A stretch of DNA of 64,000 nt from an uncultured Candidatus Rokubacteria bacterium (lineage in GTDB: Bacteria; Methylomirabilota; Methylomirabilia; Rokubacteriales; DASRDR01), in the NCBI GenBank assembly GCA_963805625.1, contig CAWDVE010000010.1, positions 1,632,001 to 1,696,000 on the forward strand, read 5' to 3'. Shown here one piece after another: positions 1 to 9,659 of this stretch. Position numbers and translations under genes: made by a program. Within the stretch, counting starts at the first letter, position 1, and each line of letters begins with the position of its first letter. Below the pieces are notes generated by a model, which was not told the DNA's origin, did not search any database, and saw only the letters and a list, made by a program, of their open reading frames with translations.

Positions 1-430
1 GCGCCACACGCTGCTGCTGGCCGCCCGAGAGCTGGTACGGATAGCGGCTCCCGAGCGCCGGCAGCTTGATGAGCTCCAGCATCTCCTGAACCCGGGGACC
101 GATCTCCGCACTCGGCTTCCTGGCCACCTTCAGCCCGAAGCCCACGTTGTCGGCGACGGTCATGTTCGGGAACAGCGCGTAGGACTGGAACACCATCCCG
201 ACGTTGCGCCGGTTTGGGGGGCGCCGGGTGATGTCCACCCCGTCGATCCGAATCGCGCCTGCGGAGGGAGTCTCGAAGCCCGCGATCATCCTGAGCGTCG
301 TCGTCTTCCCGCAGCCGCTCGGCCCCAGGAAGGACACGAACTCGCCCCGCGCGACGTCCAGCTCGAAGTGCTCGACCGCCGTCGAGAGCGCGAACTTCTT
401 CTGCAGGCCATGGATCTCCAGCAAGCCCAT
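1..430 (-). CDS. ABC transporter ATP-binding subunit (PotA/FbpC family), runs off window start
   Basis: Manual translation from ATG 430: MGLLEIHGLQKK, Walker A GPSGCGKT, Q-loop VFQSYALFP, signature LSGGQQQRVA. Confidence 0.93.
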   Translation of the reverse strand, partial: MGLLEIHGLQKKFALSTAVEHFELDVARGEFVSFLGPSGCGKTTTLRMIAGFETPSAGAIRIDGVDITRRPPNRRNVGMVFQSYALFPNMTVADNVGFGLKVARKPSAEIGPRVQEMLELIKLPALGSRYPYQLSGGQQQRVA

Positions 431-438
431 GCGTGTCC

Positions 439-1230
439 TCAGTGCGCCCCGGCGGTCTTGCCGGGGGCCCGGCGACCCAGAACCTGGATCAGTGCCATGC
501 ACCCCCACGTGATCGCGAAGGTGATGACCGCCAGAGCCGCCGGCTCGTACGCACGATTCGCGCCAATGAGCTGGAGGTACGGGCCGAACGCGGGGCGGTC
601 CAGTAAGCTCGCCATCGTGAACTCGCCGATGACGATGGCGAACGTCAGGAACGCACCACTCAGCACCGCCACCTGCACGTTGGGCAGGATCACCCGGAGG
701 AGGATGGTCCCCCAGCTCGCGCCGAGGCTCTGGGCCGCCTCGGTCAAGGTCCGCACGTCGATCGCGCGCAGCCCGGCGTCGACGGCCCGGTACATGTACG
801 GCATCGCCAGCGTGACGTAGCTGAACATCAGCAGCAGGTCGGTCGTCCGGTCGTTGGCCGTCATGGGGATGATCGACGAGCTGTTATAGATGCGTAGGTA
901 GCCGAAGACCAGGACGATCGCCGGGATCACCAGCGGCAGGAGCGTGATGAACTCCACCGTCGGCCGGAGCCTCGGCAGGCGCAGCTCGATCCAGTAGGCG
1001 GTCGGCACGACCAGGAGGACTCCGACGACGATCGTGGCGAGCGCGAGGAGGGTCGAGTACAGGAACGTCTCGTGGAACCGCGGATCGCCGAGGACAATCC
1101 GGTACGCCTCGAAGCTGTAGACGCCCCGGCGGTATCGCAGCGAGAACTCGAAGGTCGCCAGCAGCGGCATGAAGAAGTACAGAATCCCGAGCGTCATCAC
1201 CACCCACGACCCGAACGTCCGCCGCGTCAT
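439..1230 (-). CDS. ABC transporter permease (PotC-like)
   Basis: C-terminal part of ORF 439..2163 from MTRRTFGSW; hydrophobic; EAA loop EAAQSLGAS; start overlaps upstream stop. Confidence 0.9.
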   Translation of the reverse strand: MTRRTFGSWVVMTLGILYFFMPLLATFEFSLRYRRGVYSFEAYRIVLGDPRFHETFLYSTLLALATIVVGVLLVVPTAYWIELRLPRLRPTVEFITLLPLVIPAIVLVFGYLRIYNSSSIIPMTANDRTTDLLLMFSYVTLAMPYMYRAVDAGLRAIDVRTLTEAAQSLGASWGTILLRVILPNVQVAVLSGAFLTFAIVIGEFTMASLLDRPAFGPYLQLIGANRAYEPAALAVITFAITWGCMALIQVLGRRAPGKTAGAH

Positions 1231-2129
1231 TTCAGCCACCGCTCGCTGCGGGAGCGAAGCACGATGTAGGCGGTGTTCGACAGGCCGGTGATCAGGATCA
1301 TCCCTAGAGCCAGCGCGTAGCCGAGGTTCTGGTTGTGGAGGACGTCGCCGCGGATCTGCGCGTACAGCAGAATCGTGATGATGTTGAGAGAGCTGCCGGT
1401 GAGCGCGTACGCCGTCGCGATCGCGCCGAAGGCGTTGGCGAACAGGAGCAGGGTCGTGCCGAGGAGGGTCGGCCACAGCACGGGCAGCGCGATGTACCGC
1501 CAGTAGTCGACGGCGCTCCCGCCCAGGTTCGACGCCGCCTCGCGCCACTCGCGCTTCAGCCCGTCGATCGCCGGCGCCATGATCAGCACCATGAGCGGGA
1601 TCTGGAAGTACATGTACGTCAGCGCCAGGCCCCAGAAGCTCAGGAGGTTGAACCCCGTGCGGTAGATGTTGAAGTCGAAGAGGCTGACGAGAAGCACGGT
1701 CACCAGGCCAGTCCGCCCGAGGGTCGCGAGGAACGCGAAGGCGAGCGGCACGCCGGCGAAGTTCGAGGCCACGCCGGAGAACGTCAGGAGCGTGGGGCGG
1801 ACCCAGCGTGGCAGCCCGCCGGAGATCGCCGCATACGCCAGGAAGAAGCCGAGGATCGCGCCTCCGATCGCCGAGGCCGCGCTGACCTGGATGCTGATCC
1901 AGTACGCCTTGAGAATGGTGGGATGGAACAGGTCGCGGATGTTGGCGAGCGTGAACCGGCCCTCGGCGTCCTGGAACCCGCCCACGATCAGGAAGCTCGT
2001 CGGCAGGATGAGGAAGAAGAACGCGAAGAGGAAGAACGGGAGGACGCCGAGGAGCTCCCACGAGAATCGACCCGGCGGCGCCCCCAAGGCAACCGCGGGC
2101 CCGGTCGGGGCAGAGGCGGTGTGGCTCAC
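1227..2129 (-). CDS. ABC transporter permease (PotB-like)
   Basis: Multiple TM segments; EAASNLGG loop; start (GTG 2129) approximate. Confidence 0.9.
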   Translation of the reverse strand: MSHTASAPTGPAVALGAPPGRFSWELLGVLPFFLFAFFFLILPTSFLIVGGFQDAEGRFTLANIRDLFHPTILKAYWISIQVSAASAIGGAILGFFLAYAAISGGLPRWVRPTLLTFSGVASNFAGVPLAFAFLATLGRTGLVTVLLVSLFDFNIYRTGFNLLSFWGLALTYMYFQIPLMVLIMAPAIDGLKREWREAASNLGGSAVDYWRYIALPVLWPTLLGTTLLLFANAFGAIATAYALTGSSLNIITILLYAQIRGDVLHNQNLGYALALGMILITGLSNTAYIVLRSRSERWLK

Positions 2130-2218
2130 GCGGCGGCCCCTGGTGGGAGCGCTTCCGCCGCACGGCGGTCCCGGCGAGGAACGGTGGCGCTCGGCCCTTG
2201 GCTCATCGGAGGTTCCGC

Positions 2219-2263
2219 GCCCTCTTCCCCTCACCCCAGACCCGGCGGCGAGAGGAAGAGGGC
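2219..2263 (-). other. Intercistronic stem-loop between the SBP and permease genes
   Basis: GCCCTCTTCC...GGAAGAGGGC inverted repeat. Confidence 0.5.
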
Positions 2264-2338
2264 CACGGCAACGATCACACCGGGCTCGGGCGGCTCCGCC
2301 ACGCGCGCTCGGTGCGATCCACGTTCACGGAGTGGGTG

Positions 2339-3445
2339 TTACTTGACGTTCGCGCCGACGACGGTGTCCCACTGCTTGGTGATGATCTCCTTCGCCTTCG
2401 CCTGCTGCTCGAGCGTCGGGAAAACCGCCTTGTCGTAGGACTCGGCCGGAGGCAGCTTGGCCAGGAGGTCGGCCGGCACCTTCTTGTTCTTCACGAGGTC
2501 CAGGAAGCGGATCGGATGGCAGTAGCCCTTCAGCCAGGCCACCTGTCCCTCGTCCGAATAGAGGTGCTCCATCCACAGCTTCGCGGCGTTCGGGTGCGGC
2601 GCATAGGCGCTGATCGCCTGGACGTACACGCCGGCCACGACCCCGTTTCGCGGGACGACCACGTCGACCTTCGGGTTGCCCTTGAGGGTGTCGCGATCCG
2701 CGAGCGCGTTGTAGTCCCAGCGGATGATGATCGGCGTCGCCCCCTGCGCGAGGGACGCCACCTTGCCGATCACCGGGACGAAATTGCCCGCCTTGTTGAG
2801 ATCCGCGAAGAACTTCAGACCCGCCTCCGCGGCCCGGTCCATGTTGCCGTTGGCCATGGCGAGGCCGGCGGCCAGGACGCCCTGGATGGCCTGGTTCGAG
2901 GTGCGTGGATCGCCGGCCAGCGCGACCGAGTTCTTGTACTCTGGCTTGAGGAGGTCCGCCCAGTCGCGAGGAGCGTTCTTGACGATGTCGGCGTTGATCT
3001 GGAAGGCGAGCACGCCGTAGTAGTCACCGTACCAGTAGCCTTCCGAGTCCTTCTGGTCGTTGGGAATCGAGGCCCACGTGGCGACCTTGTGCGGCAGGAG
3101 CAGACCTTCCTTCTTGGCCGATGGGCCGAAGGAGAGGCCGACGTCGATCACGTCCGGGGCCTGCGGGCCCTTGTTCCCCTTGTTCGCCTTGATGGCCTCG
3201 ATCTCGTCGCCGGAGCCGGCGTCGGGATTGAGCTCGTTGACCTTGATGCCGTACTTGGTCTTGTAGCTGCTGATGAGCTCCCCGTAGCCGCACCAGTCGT
3301 GCGGAAGGGCGATCGTGGTGAGCTGGCCCTCCTGCTTGGCGGCGGCGACCAGCTGGTCCATCCCGGTCTGGCCGACCGCGACTCCGATGGCCGCCAGGAC
3401 GACCAGGGTGGCGAGCGAGATCGTGCGGAGCGATCGGAGCTTCAT
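2339..3445 (-). CDS. ABC transporter substrate-binding protein (PotD/AfuA-like)
   Basis: Signal peptide, GAGGAGG RBS, PDVIDVG and APHPNAAKLW motifs; heads the ABC genes. Confidence 0.9.
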   Translation of the reverse strand: MKLRSLRTISLATLVVLAAIGVAVGQTGMDQLVAAAKQEGQLTTIALPHDWCGYGELISSYKTKYGIKVNELNPDAGSGDEIEAIKANKGNKGPQAPDVIDVGLSFGPSAKKEGLLLPHKVATWASIPNDQKDSEGYWYGDYYGVLAFQINADIVKNAPRDWADLLKPEYKNSVALAGDPRTSNQAIQGVLAAGLAMANGNMDRAAEAGLKFFADLNKAGNFVPVIGKVASLAQGATPIIIRWDYNALADRDTLKGNPKVDVVVPRNGVVAGVYVQAISAYAPHPNAAKLWMEHLYSDEGQVAWLKGYCHPIRFLDLVKNKKVPADLLAKLPPAESYDKAVFPTLEQQAKAKEIITKQWDTVVGANVK

Positions 3446-3541
3446 GTGTCCCTCCTCGGGTTCGGAACAGGGCTTCGTGGCGACGGCCTACCATCGGTCA
3501 CCGGTGGTGAGCTTGTCAAGGGTGGCGCCCCATCCCGGGCG

Positions 3542-4477
3542 TCACGGGGACCCTCCCTCGCGGGGGCGCGCGACGGCGTCGATCCAGCCGGGGAAATCCG
3601 GTGAGTCCATCGCCGTTTCGGCGCGCGTCCACCGTGCGGCACCGTAGGCCGAGAAGTCGAATGCAATTCGCGAGATCGCCGTCTGGATCGCCGCCCAGAG
3701 CGTCCAGCCAACGTCGGAGACGATCATGTGGAGCCTGACCCGCGCGACGAGGGACGCCGGCGCGCTGCCAAAATACGCCTGGCAGAGCTCGCGCACCCGG
3801 ACGTCGTCGTAGTCGAGCTCGCGGCACGTGTTGCCGAGCTCGAACGCCGGGTCGCCGTTGCCGCTGTATTCCCAGTCCACCAGGCGCAGCTGGTCGCCCT
3901 GCTCGATGTAGTTGTCGGCAAGGAGATCGTTGTGGCACGGCACGCTGGGAAGCGGGCGCGCCGCCAGCACGGCGCCGATCTCCCGGATGACGGGGCGCCG
4001 CGCCCGGTAGCCGGACGGCACCGGGAAGCCCCGGCGCTCGATCACGGCCTGGTACCCATCGGCGAGGCCAAGCATGTCGAAGTCCCGGAGGAACCGCGGC
4101 CCTCCGTGGAGCGCGCGAAGCGTCGCGGCGATTCGCCCGGGCATACCCGGCTCCTGGAGCGTGGCGTTGGTCATGGGCCGGCCGTGGAGGAACTCGATAA
4201 CGGTCGCGCCGCTATCCTGGAAGTGGTGGAGGACCGCTGGGCCGATACCGAGGGCGGCCGCGACGCGGGCGCTGTGGAGCTCGTTCGCACGGTCGATGGC
4301 CAGGAGCTCGGTGGACGCGCCCGGGATCCGCACGACGAACGCGCGGCCGTCCACGTCGACCCGGTAGTTCGCGTTGGTGAGCCCGTTCGTCAGGGGCCGA
4401 ATCGAGACGGGCCGGCCGCGCCAGGCGTCGATCCGGTCGATGATCTCTTCGACGGTGACCGCTCGACCGTTGCCCAT
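3542..4477 (-). CDS. Choline/ethanolamine kinase family phosphotransferase
   Basis: GLTNANY, VRIPG, Brenner-type CHNDL and DWEYSG motifs. Confidence 0.85.
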   Translation of the reverse strand: MGNGRAVTVEEIIDRIDAWRGRPVSIRPLTNGLTNANYRVDVDGRAFVVRIPGASTELLAIDRANELHSARVAAALGIGPAVLHHFQDSGATVIEFLHGRPMTNATLQEPGMPGRIAATLRALHGGPRFLRDFDMLGLADGYQAVIERRGFPVPSGYRARRPVIREIGAVLAARPLPSVPCHNDLLADNYIEQGDQLRLVDWEYSGNGDPAFELGNTCRELDYDDVRVRELCQAYFGSAPASLVARVRLHMIVSDVGWTLWAAIQTAISRIAFDFSAYGAARWTRAETAMDSPDFPGWIDAVARPREGGSP

Positions 4478-4618
4478 GGGACCCGCGCTCGCGGCTTCCT
4501 CGGCCCGATTCTAGCGCAGGCACGCGAGGGCCACTAGGGTCGCGAGGGCGCGGCACGGCGGCGTTGCGGGAGCCAGCCCCGACTCTGGCAATCGCCGGAA
4601 TTCCAGACCATCGCACCC

Positions 4619-4666
4619 AGGTGACGTGGCAGGTGACGTGCGAGGCGACGTGCCAGGCGACGTGAT
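4619..4666. repeat. Four tandem 12-bp direct repeats AGGYGACGTGNN
   Basis: aggtgacgtggc/aggtgacgtgcg/aggcgacgtgcc/aggcgacgtgat read directly. Confidence 0.85.
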
Positions 4667-4987
4667 GGTTGCGGCACCGTTGCGCTCGCTTCGAGCTCCG
4701 CGGCGTGGACCAGGGGGTCGCCGAGCGCCTGGTCGAGGCCTGGCGGGCGCGCCGACCCCTACCGCACCGTCGTGGCAGCGACCACCATGACGATCGAGGT
4801 GACCGGCCAGCCGGCTTGACGCCTTCGCGCGGCCGAATCGGTGCGCGCTACCCGGCCCGACAGTCCCTTCCACCCCCAAATCCGCAAGATCGCAGGCTTC
4901 CGCACGGCGGTGTCGGGAAAACCACGCATGCGTGGGGGCTTTCACTGCTACGCCTCGTCGCGCCCGAGACGTACGCTGGCGCGAAAC

Positions 4988-7876
4988 ATGCGCGCCACCG
5001 TCGACGCCCCTACCCGCCCCGGCGCCCTGACGGAGGCGCGCCCAGCCGGCCGCCTGTCGCATGGCGGCATCTTGACCGTAGCGGCGGGAGCGTTCCTCGC
5101 CGTCGTGTTCCTGGCGCTCCGGTATCGACTGGCGCTCACCCCTACTCTCGCCGAGACGTACTACGACGAGGCCCTCACCGGGCTCATGGCCTTCGCGATC
5201 CTTCACGGCACTCCACAGGTCTTCTACTGGGGGGAGCCGTACGGAGGCGCGATCGGTGACGCCTATCCCGCGGCGCTGGGGTTCTGGCTGTTTGGCCCGT
5301 CCGCCATCGTCCTTCGGATGACGTCGGCGGTCACCGCCGTCCTGTGGGCCTGGTCGGCCTGGTTCATCGCGCATCGGGCTGGTGCGGGGCCGTTCGCGTT
5401 CCTGGCGGGGCTCCTGGTCGCGGTGCCGCCCGTCTTTCTCAGCCACGCCCAGCTATCGACCCACGGGGAGAGCTCCGCGCTGGCCTTCGCTACGGTGGCC
5501 ATGGCCAGCGCCACGTACCTGGTCGATGCGCGCGCGACTCCGGCACGCGCCGTGGCCTGGGCGGCCCTCGGCGTGGCGTCCGGTCTCAGCTGGTGGTCGA
5601 GCCAGATCGGAAGCATGCTCCTGCTCCCCGGCGCCGTCCTCATCGTCGCGCGGCCGCGGGTCCTCCGCAGCGCCGGGCCCTACGCGGCCCTCGGGCTGTT
5701 CTTCCTCGCAAGCTGGCCCTTCTGGATGTGGAATGCACATCACGAGTGGGCCACGTTCCGGCATCTCGCGACGTGGGGCGGGCCGCTGCCGCCGTGGAGC
5801 ATTCGATTCCAGATCGTGGGAGAAACCCTCCTCGAGAGCCTGCGCGACTACTTCTGGGACGGGCGGGCGGTGCGGCTCTCGTCCTGGGCTAGGGCCTTGA
5901 GCTGGATCACGGTGCTGGGCGTGTACGCGCCGGGCCTGTGCGTCGCGATGGCTCGGGCGGTCGTGTGGAGCCAGCGGATCCGGCGGCGGGAGCGGCCGTG
6001 GCGGGACGCCCTGGACCTCGTGGTGGTGGCGTTCTGGGCCACCGTGGCGATCCACCTCCTGACCTGGTTTGGCACCTCCACGGTGCTTCGCTACGCGATG
6101 ACATTCCAGGGAACCCTGCCCGTGCTCTGCGCGCTGGCGCTGGCACGTCTGGCCGCGGTCGGAGGCACCCCCGTCGCGGGCCTGCTCGCGGCGGCGCTCC
6201 TCGGCTTCAATCTGGTCACCCACGTCGCGTTCGTGCGGGACGGAGAAGGCGCGCCCTGGCGCCCCGTTGACGCCGCCATCGCCCGGCTCGAGGCGCTCGG
6301 AATCCATTCCTGCTACGCGGACGGACGGGTCGCGCAGGTCGTCACGTTCGAGTCCAGCGAGCGAGTGCTCTGCACCGACTACGTCGGGTTCCGGAACTAT
6401 GAGTTCCTCCGCGCCGTCGACCGCGTGGATGATCCCTCGGCCGTGGCGATCGTCACGCATCGCGCCCTGCGACGGCCTCACCCCGATGTGATGGCCCAGG
6501 CGCTCGAGCTCGCCGGCGCCCGGTACAAGCGAGAGGATGTCGGCGACTATGCGATCTTCTACAGCTTCGGGGCGCCGGGACCCGTCAAGCCGATCGCCCC
6601 GGCTGGATGGGTCGCGCGGGCCTCGTCCCGGACCGAAGCCGCAGGCCTGGCTCTCGACCGTCGCGTGTGGACCCGATGGAGCGCGCCCAAGCAGCCCGGC
6701 CAGTGGTTCGAGTTGGACCTTGGGCAACTGTACTCCGTCGCGCAGCTGACGCTTGCCGCCGCGCCCTGGCCGAGCGAAGCACCGGTAGGGCTTCGCGTGG
6801 AGACCTCGGTCGACGGCTCGACGTGGCGGACGGTTGCGTCCGTCCGGGAGGTCCTGCCCGGGCTCCACTGGTGGAAGGGCCATCCCCGGATCGACGATAG
6901 CGGAAGGGTCATCGTCCGCATGGAGCCACAGCCCACTCGCTACGTGCGTCTCACCGAGACCGGGAAGGGGGAGCCCGGCGCGCTCTGGAGCATTGCCGAG
7001 CTGTTCGTCCACGAGGCGGCCACCACGCCGTGGGAACCCCCGTCGTCGGCCGCCGAGGCCGCGAGCGCCGCCGAGCGCGAGCTGGACCACTGGATGGACG
7101 ACCCCGAAGGTCCAAATCCGACCCGCGCTCCCGTCACGTACGAGCACCGGCGGGCGCAGGTCCCATGGAACGTGGTGTTCGCCGACGCGAACCGCGCCCT
7201 CATGCTCGCGCCGGAGTGGGAAGGCGCGCACCACGTCTACGGCCTGGCCCTCGCGCGCGCTGGCTGGTCGGACGCGTTCGATCACGACATCGAGCGGGCG
7301 GCGGCGGACCAGGCATGGGGGGAGGTCGTCCGCTGGGCCGAACAGGCGGACACCGTTCCCGAGGGTCTGTGGCGCCGCGGTCGTATGGAACGCTGGGCCG
7401 AGGCTCTCGAAAAGCTCGGTCGAGGTGACGCCGCCGCGGCGGTCAGACTACGATCAGCCCCGGCACCCGCCCTCCCCACCAAGATCCGATTCGGAGACGC
7501 CCTCGATCTGGTCGGTGTGGACCTTCCTGCCGAAGTTCGGCCGGGTGACACCGTGACCGTGCGCTACCACTGGCGGCTGGCGCAATCCCTCCGTCAGGAC
7601 TACTGGGCCTTCCTCCACGTCCGGGGCCTGAAGGACCCCGGCAACCAGGACCAGCAGATCGGGGCCTGGAACTTCGGCACCTCGAAGTGGTCCCCCGGAG
7701 AGGAGGTCCGGCAGAGCGTGACGCTTCGCGTGCCGGCCGACACGCCGCCCGGCCGCTACCCGCTCCACGCCGGTGTCTGGCTGCCCTGGACCGGCAAGCA
7801 GCTCCGGGCGAGCGCGGCCGACCTCCCCATCGTGCGCCGGGCCGTGGTGGTCGGGACCCTGACCGTCAGTCGCTAG
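4988..7876 (+). CDS. GT-C membrane glycosyltransferase (ArnT/PMT-like) fused to an F5/8-type-C (discoidin) domain and a C-terminal beta domain
   Basis: YYDEA..GLMA motif after TM1, many TM helices, then ALDRRVWTRWS..QWFELDLGQ..SVDGSTW..RYVRLT; start uncertain (ORF opens at 4841). Confidence 0.78.
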   Translation: MRATVDAPTRPGALTEARPAGRLSHGGILTVAAGAFLAVVFLALRYRLALTPTLAETYYDEALTGLMAFAILHGTPQVFYWGEPYGGAIGDAYPAALGFWLFGPSAIVLRMTSAVTAVLWAWSAWFIAHRAGAGPFAFLAGLLVAVPPVFLSHAQLSTHGESSALAFATVAMASATYLVDARATPARAVAWAALGVASGLSWWSSQIGSMLLLPGAVLIVARPRVLRSAGPYAALGLFFLASWPFWMWNAHHEWATFRHLATWGGPLPPWSIRFQIVGETLLESLRDYFWDGRAVRLSSWARALSWITVLGVYAPGLCVAMARAVVWSQRIRRRERPWRDALDLVVVAFWATVAIHLLTWFGTSTVLRYAMTFQGTLPVLCALALARLAAVGGTPVAGLLAAALLGFNLVTHVAFVRDGEGAPWRPVDAAIARLEALGIHSCYADGRVAQVVTFESSERVLCTDYVGFRNYEFLRAVDRVDDPSAVAIVTHRALRRPHPDVMAQALELAGARYKREDVGDYAIFYSFGAPGPVKPIAPAGWVARASSRTEAAGLALDRRVWTRWSAPKQPGQWFELDLGQLYSVAQLTLAAAPWPSEAPVGLRVETSVDGSTWRTVASVREVLPGLHWWKGHPRIDDSGRVIVRMEPQPTRYVRLTETGKGEPGALWSIAELFVHEAATTPWEPPSSAAEAASAAERELDHWMDDPEGPNPTRAPVTYEHRRAQVPWNVVFADANRALMLAPEWEGAHHVYGLALARAGWSDAFDHDIERAAADQAWGEVVRWAEQADTVPEGLWRRGRMERWAEALEKLGRGDAAAAVRLRSAPAPALPTKIRFGDALDLVGVDLPAEVRPGDTVTVRYHWRLAQSLRQDYWAFLHVRGLKDPGNQDQQIGAWNFGTSKWSPGEEVRQSVTLRVPADTPPGRYPLHAGVWLPWTGKQLRASAADLPIVRRAVVVGTLTVSR

Positions 7877-8081
7877 TCCGAGCGCCGCGGGCGCGCCCGA
7901 GCGCTGCAGGACCTGGCAGATCGCCTCATCGCAAACCCGAGGTGTCAAGCACGGGCGTCTGACCGTATCGACGACGGGCAAATCGCTGCCCTGGACTCGC
8001 GCCACACGGCGCGAGTCCTTCGCGACGTGACCTCGTGTGAGATCCGGATTCGGGCGAGCGGCGGCCCCTGTCCATCCGGGC

Positions 8082-9659
8082 TCAGAGATCGTTCCCCGAG
8101 TACGACTGGTTGAACGATTTGTTGCAGAGCGGGAAGTCGGGAACGATGTTCTTCAGGAGCGCGTACGACAGAGGCCGCCAGTTCAGGAACGATGGGTCGA
8201 AGATCTTAACGCGCTCGAGCCGGCCACTCCCATCGGTCATCAGCCAGTGAATGATCCGCCCCCGCCATCCCTCCACCAGGGCAAACGCGGGCTCGAAGGC
8301 CGGACATGGGCCCGGAGGCGACGCCAGCGGTCCCGACGGCAGCCCGCCGACCGCCTGCTCGATCAGCTCCTTCGATTCCCGCGCCTCCTGGACGCGGACG
8401 AGCGTGCGCGCTTTCACGTCGCCCGAGTCGAGCACGGGTACACCGAACGACAGCTCCCCGTACGCCGCGAATGGATGGTCGCGCCGCGCATCGACGTCCA
8501 GCCCGGAGGCGCGCGCCACGAAGCCGAGGACCCCGTGATCACGTGCGATCTGGGCCGTCAGCCGGCCGGTTCCTTCGAGCCGATCGGCCACCAGCGTGTT
8601 GCCGAGGCTCATCTCCACGATCTCGTCGAAGTCCGCCAGAGCCCCGCGCACCTCGGCGGCCACGTCCAGCCCGCCCGGCAGGTCCGTCCGGACACCGCCG
8701 GGACGGAGGGCGCCTCGCAGCAGCCGGTGCCCCGTCAGGCGCTTGTTCAGACGCAAGAGCCGCTCGCGGATCCGGAAGCAGTGCGAGTGGGCCACACCGA
8801 AGCCGGTGTCGTTGGCGATCATCCCGAAGTCACCGACGTGGTTGTAGAGGCGCTCGAGCTCGAGCAGGATCACGCGAAGGTACCGCGCCCGGGGCGGCAC
8901 GACGGTGCCGCTCAGCGCCTCCAACGCTTGGCAGTAGGCCAGCGCGTGCCCGACGCTCGTGTCCCCGGACACGCGCTCGGACAGCTCCACCCCGTCCTCC
9001 GGCATCCGACCCTCGAAGAGCTTCTCGGTCCCCTTGTGCGTGAAGTACAGCCGGGACTTCATGTCGATGATCGTTTCGCCCACGACGCTGAAGCGGAAGT
9101 GGCCGGGCTCGATGATACCCGCGTGCACCGGCCCCACCGGGATCTCGTACACCCCCTCGCCGCCGACTTGCCTGAAGGGAAAGGCCTGGCCGTCGTCACG
9201 GAAGTCCCGGGGTGCGGCGTCCTTGCGCAGTGGGAAGTAGTCCTCCGGCCAGAACGCGTGTCGCACGAGCGGCCGAGGATCCGGATGCCCGTGGGCCCCG
9301 ATACCGAGGAGATCGAAGATCTCGCGCTCGAATCGTGACGCCGGATAGTGGAACGTGGCCAGCGACGGAATCTCGGGCCGCTCGGCGGACACCGCCACCG
9401 TCACGTGGACGAACCAGTTCTCGCGACCCTGGCCGAACAGGTAGTGAACCTCGAACCCTCCGCGATCCCGCCGGCGGTCGGCCCCCACCATCAGGATCAA
9501 GTCGGCCCTGAAGCTCGTGCGCAGCCACCTCGCCAGCCCCGGCACGTCCCCGGCCGCGATCGTGCAGCGGAGCTCCCGCGCGCCGTGAAGCCGCACCCCG
9601 GCGACACGACCGTGAAGCTGCTGACTCAGGGCCGCGGGCAGGCTCTCGAAGGCCGTCAT
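8082..9659 (-). CDS. hycE: Ehr / hydrogenase-4 large-subunit homolog (NuoCD-like) lacking NiFe ligands
   Basis: GPVHAGIIEPGHFRF, HKGTEK; RVSGDTSVGH replaces RxCGxC; C-terminus DFPLCNKSFNQSYSGNDL lacks DPCxxC. Confidence 0.9.
   Translation of the reverse strand: MTAFESLPAALSQQLHGRVAGVRLHGARELRCTIAAGDVPGLARWLRTSFRADLILMVGADRRRDRGGFEVHYLFGQGRENWFVHVTVAVSAERPEIPSLATFHYPASRFEREIFDLLGIGAHGHPDPRPLVRHAFWPEDYFPLRKDAAPRDFRDDGQAFPFRQVGGEGVYEIPVGPVHAGIIEPGHFRFSVVGETIIDMKSRLYFTHKGTEKLFEGRMPEDGVELSERVSGDTSVGHALAYCQALEALSGTVVPPRARYLRVILLELERLYNHVGDFGMIANDTGFGVAHSHCFRIRERLLRLNKRLTGHRLLRGALRPGGVRTDLPGGLDVAAEVRGALADFDEIVEMSLGNTLVADRLEGTGRLTAQIARDHGVLGFVARASGLDVDARRDHPFAAYGELSFGVPVLDSGDVKARTLVRVQEARESKELIEQAVGGLPSGPLASPPGPCPAFEPAFALVEGWRGRIIHWLMTDGSGRLERVKIFDPSFLNWRPLSYALLKNIVPDFPLCNKSFNQSYSGNDL

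Noticed and set aside
4619-4666. Tandem repeats as a CRISPR array
   Set aside because: 12-bp units with no spacers and no cas genes
8082-9659. Active [NiFe]-hydrogenase / formate hydrogenlyase
   Set aside because: Both Ni-binding CxxC motifs are absent and no maturation genes are present
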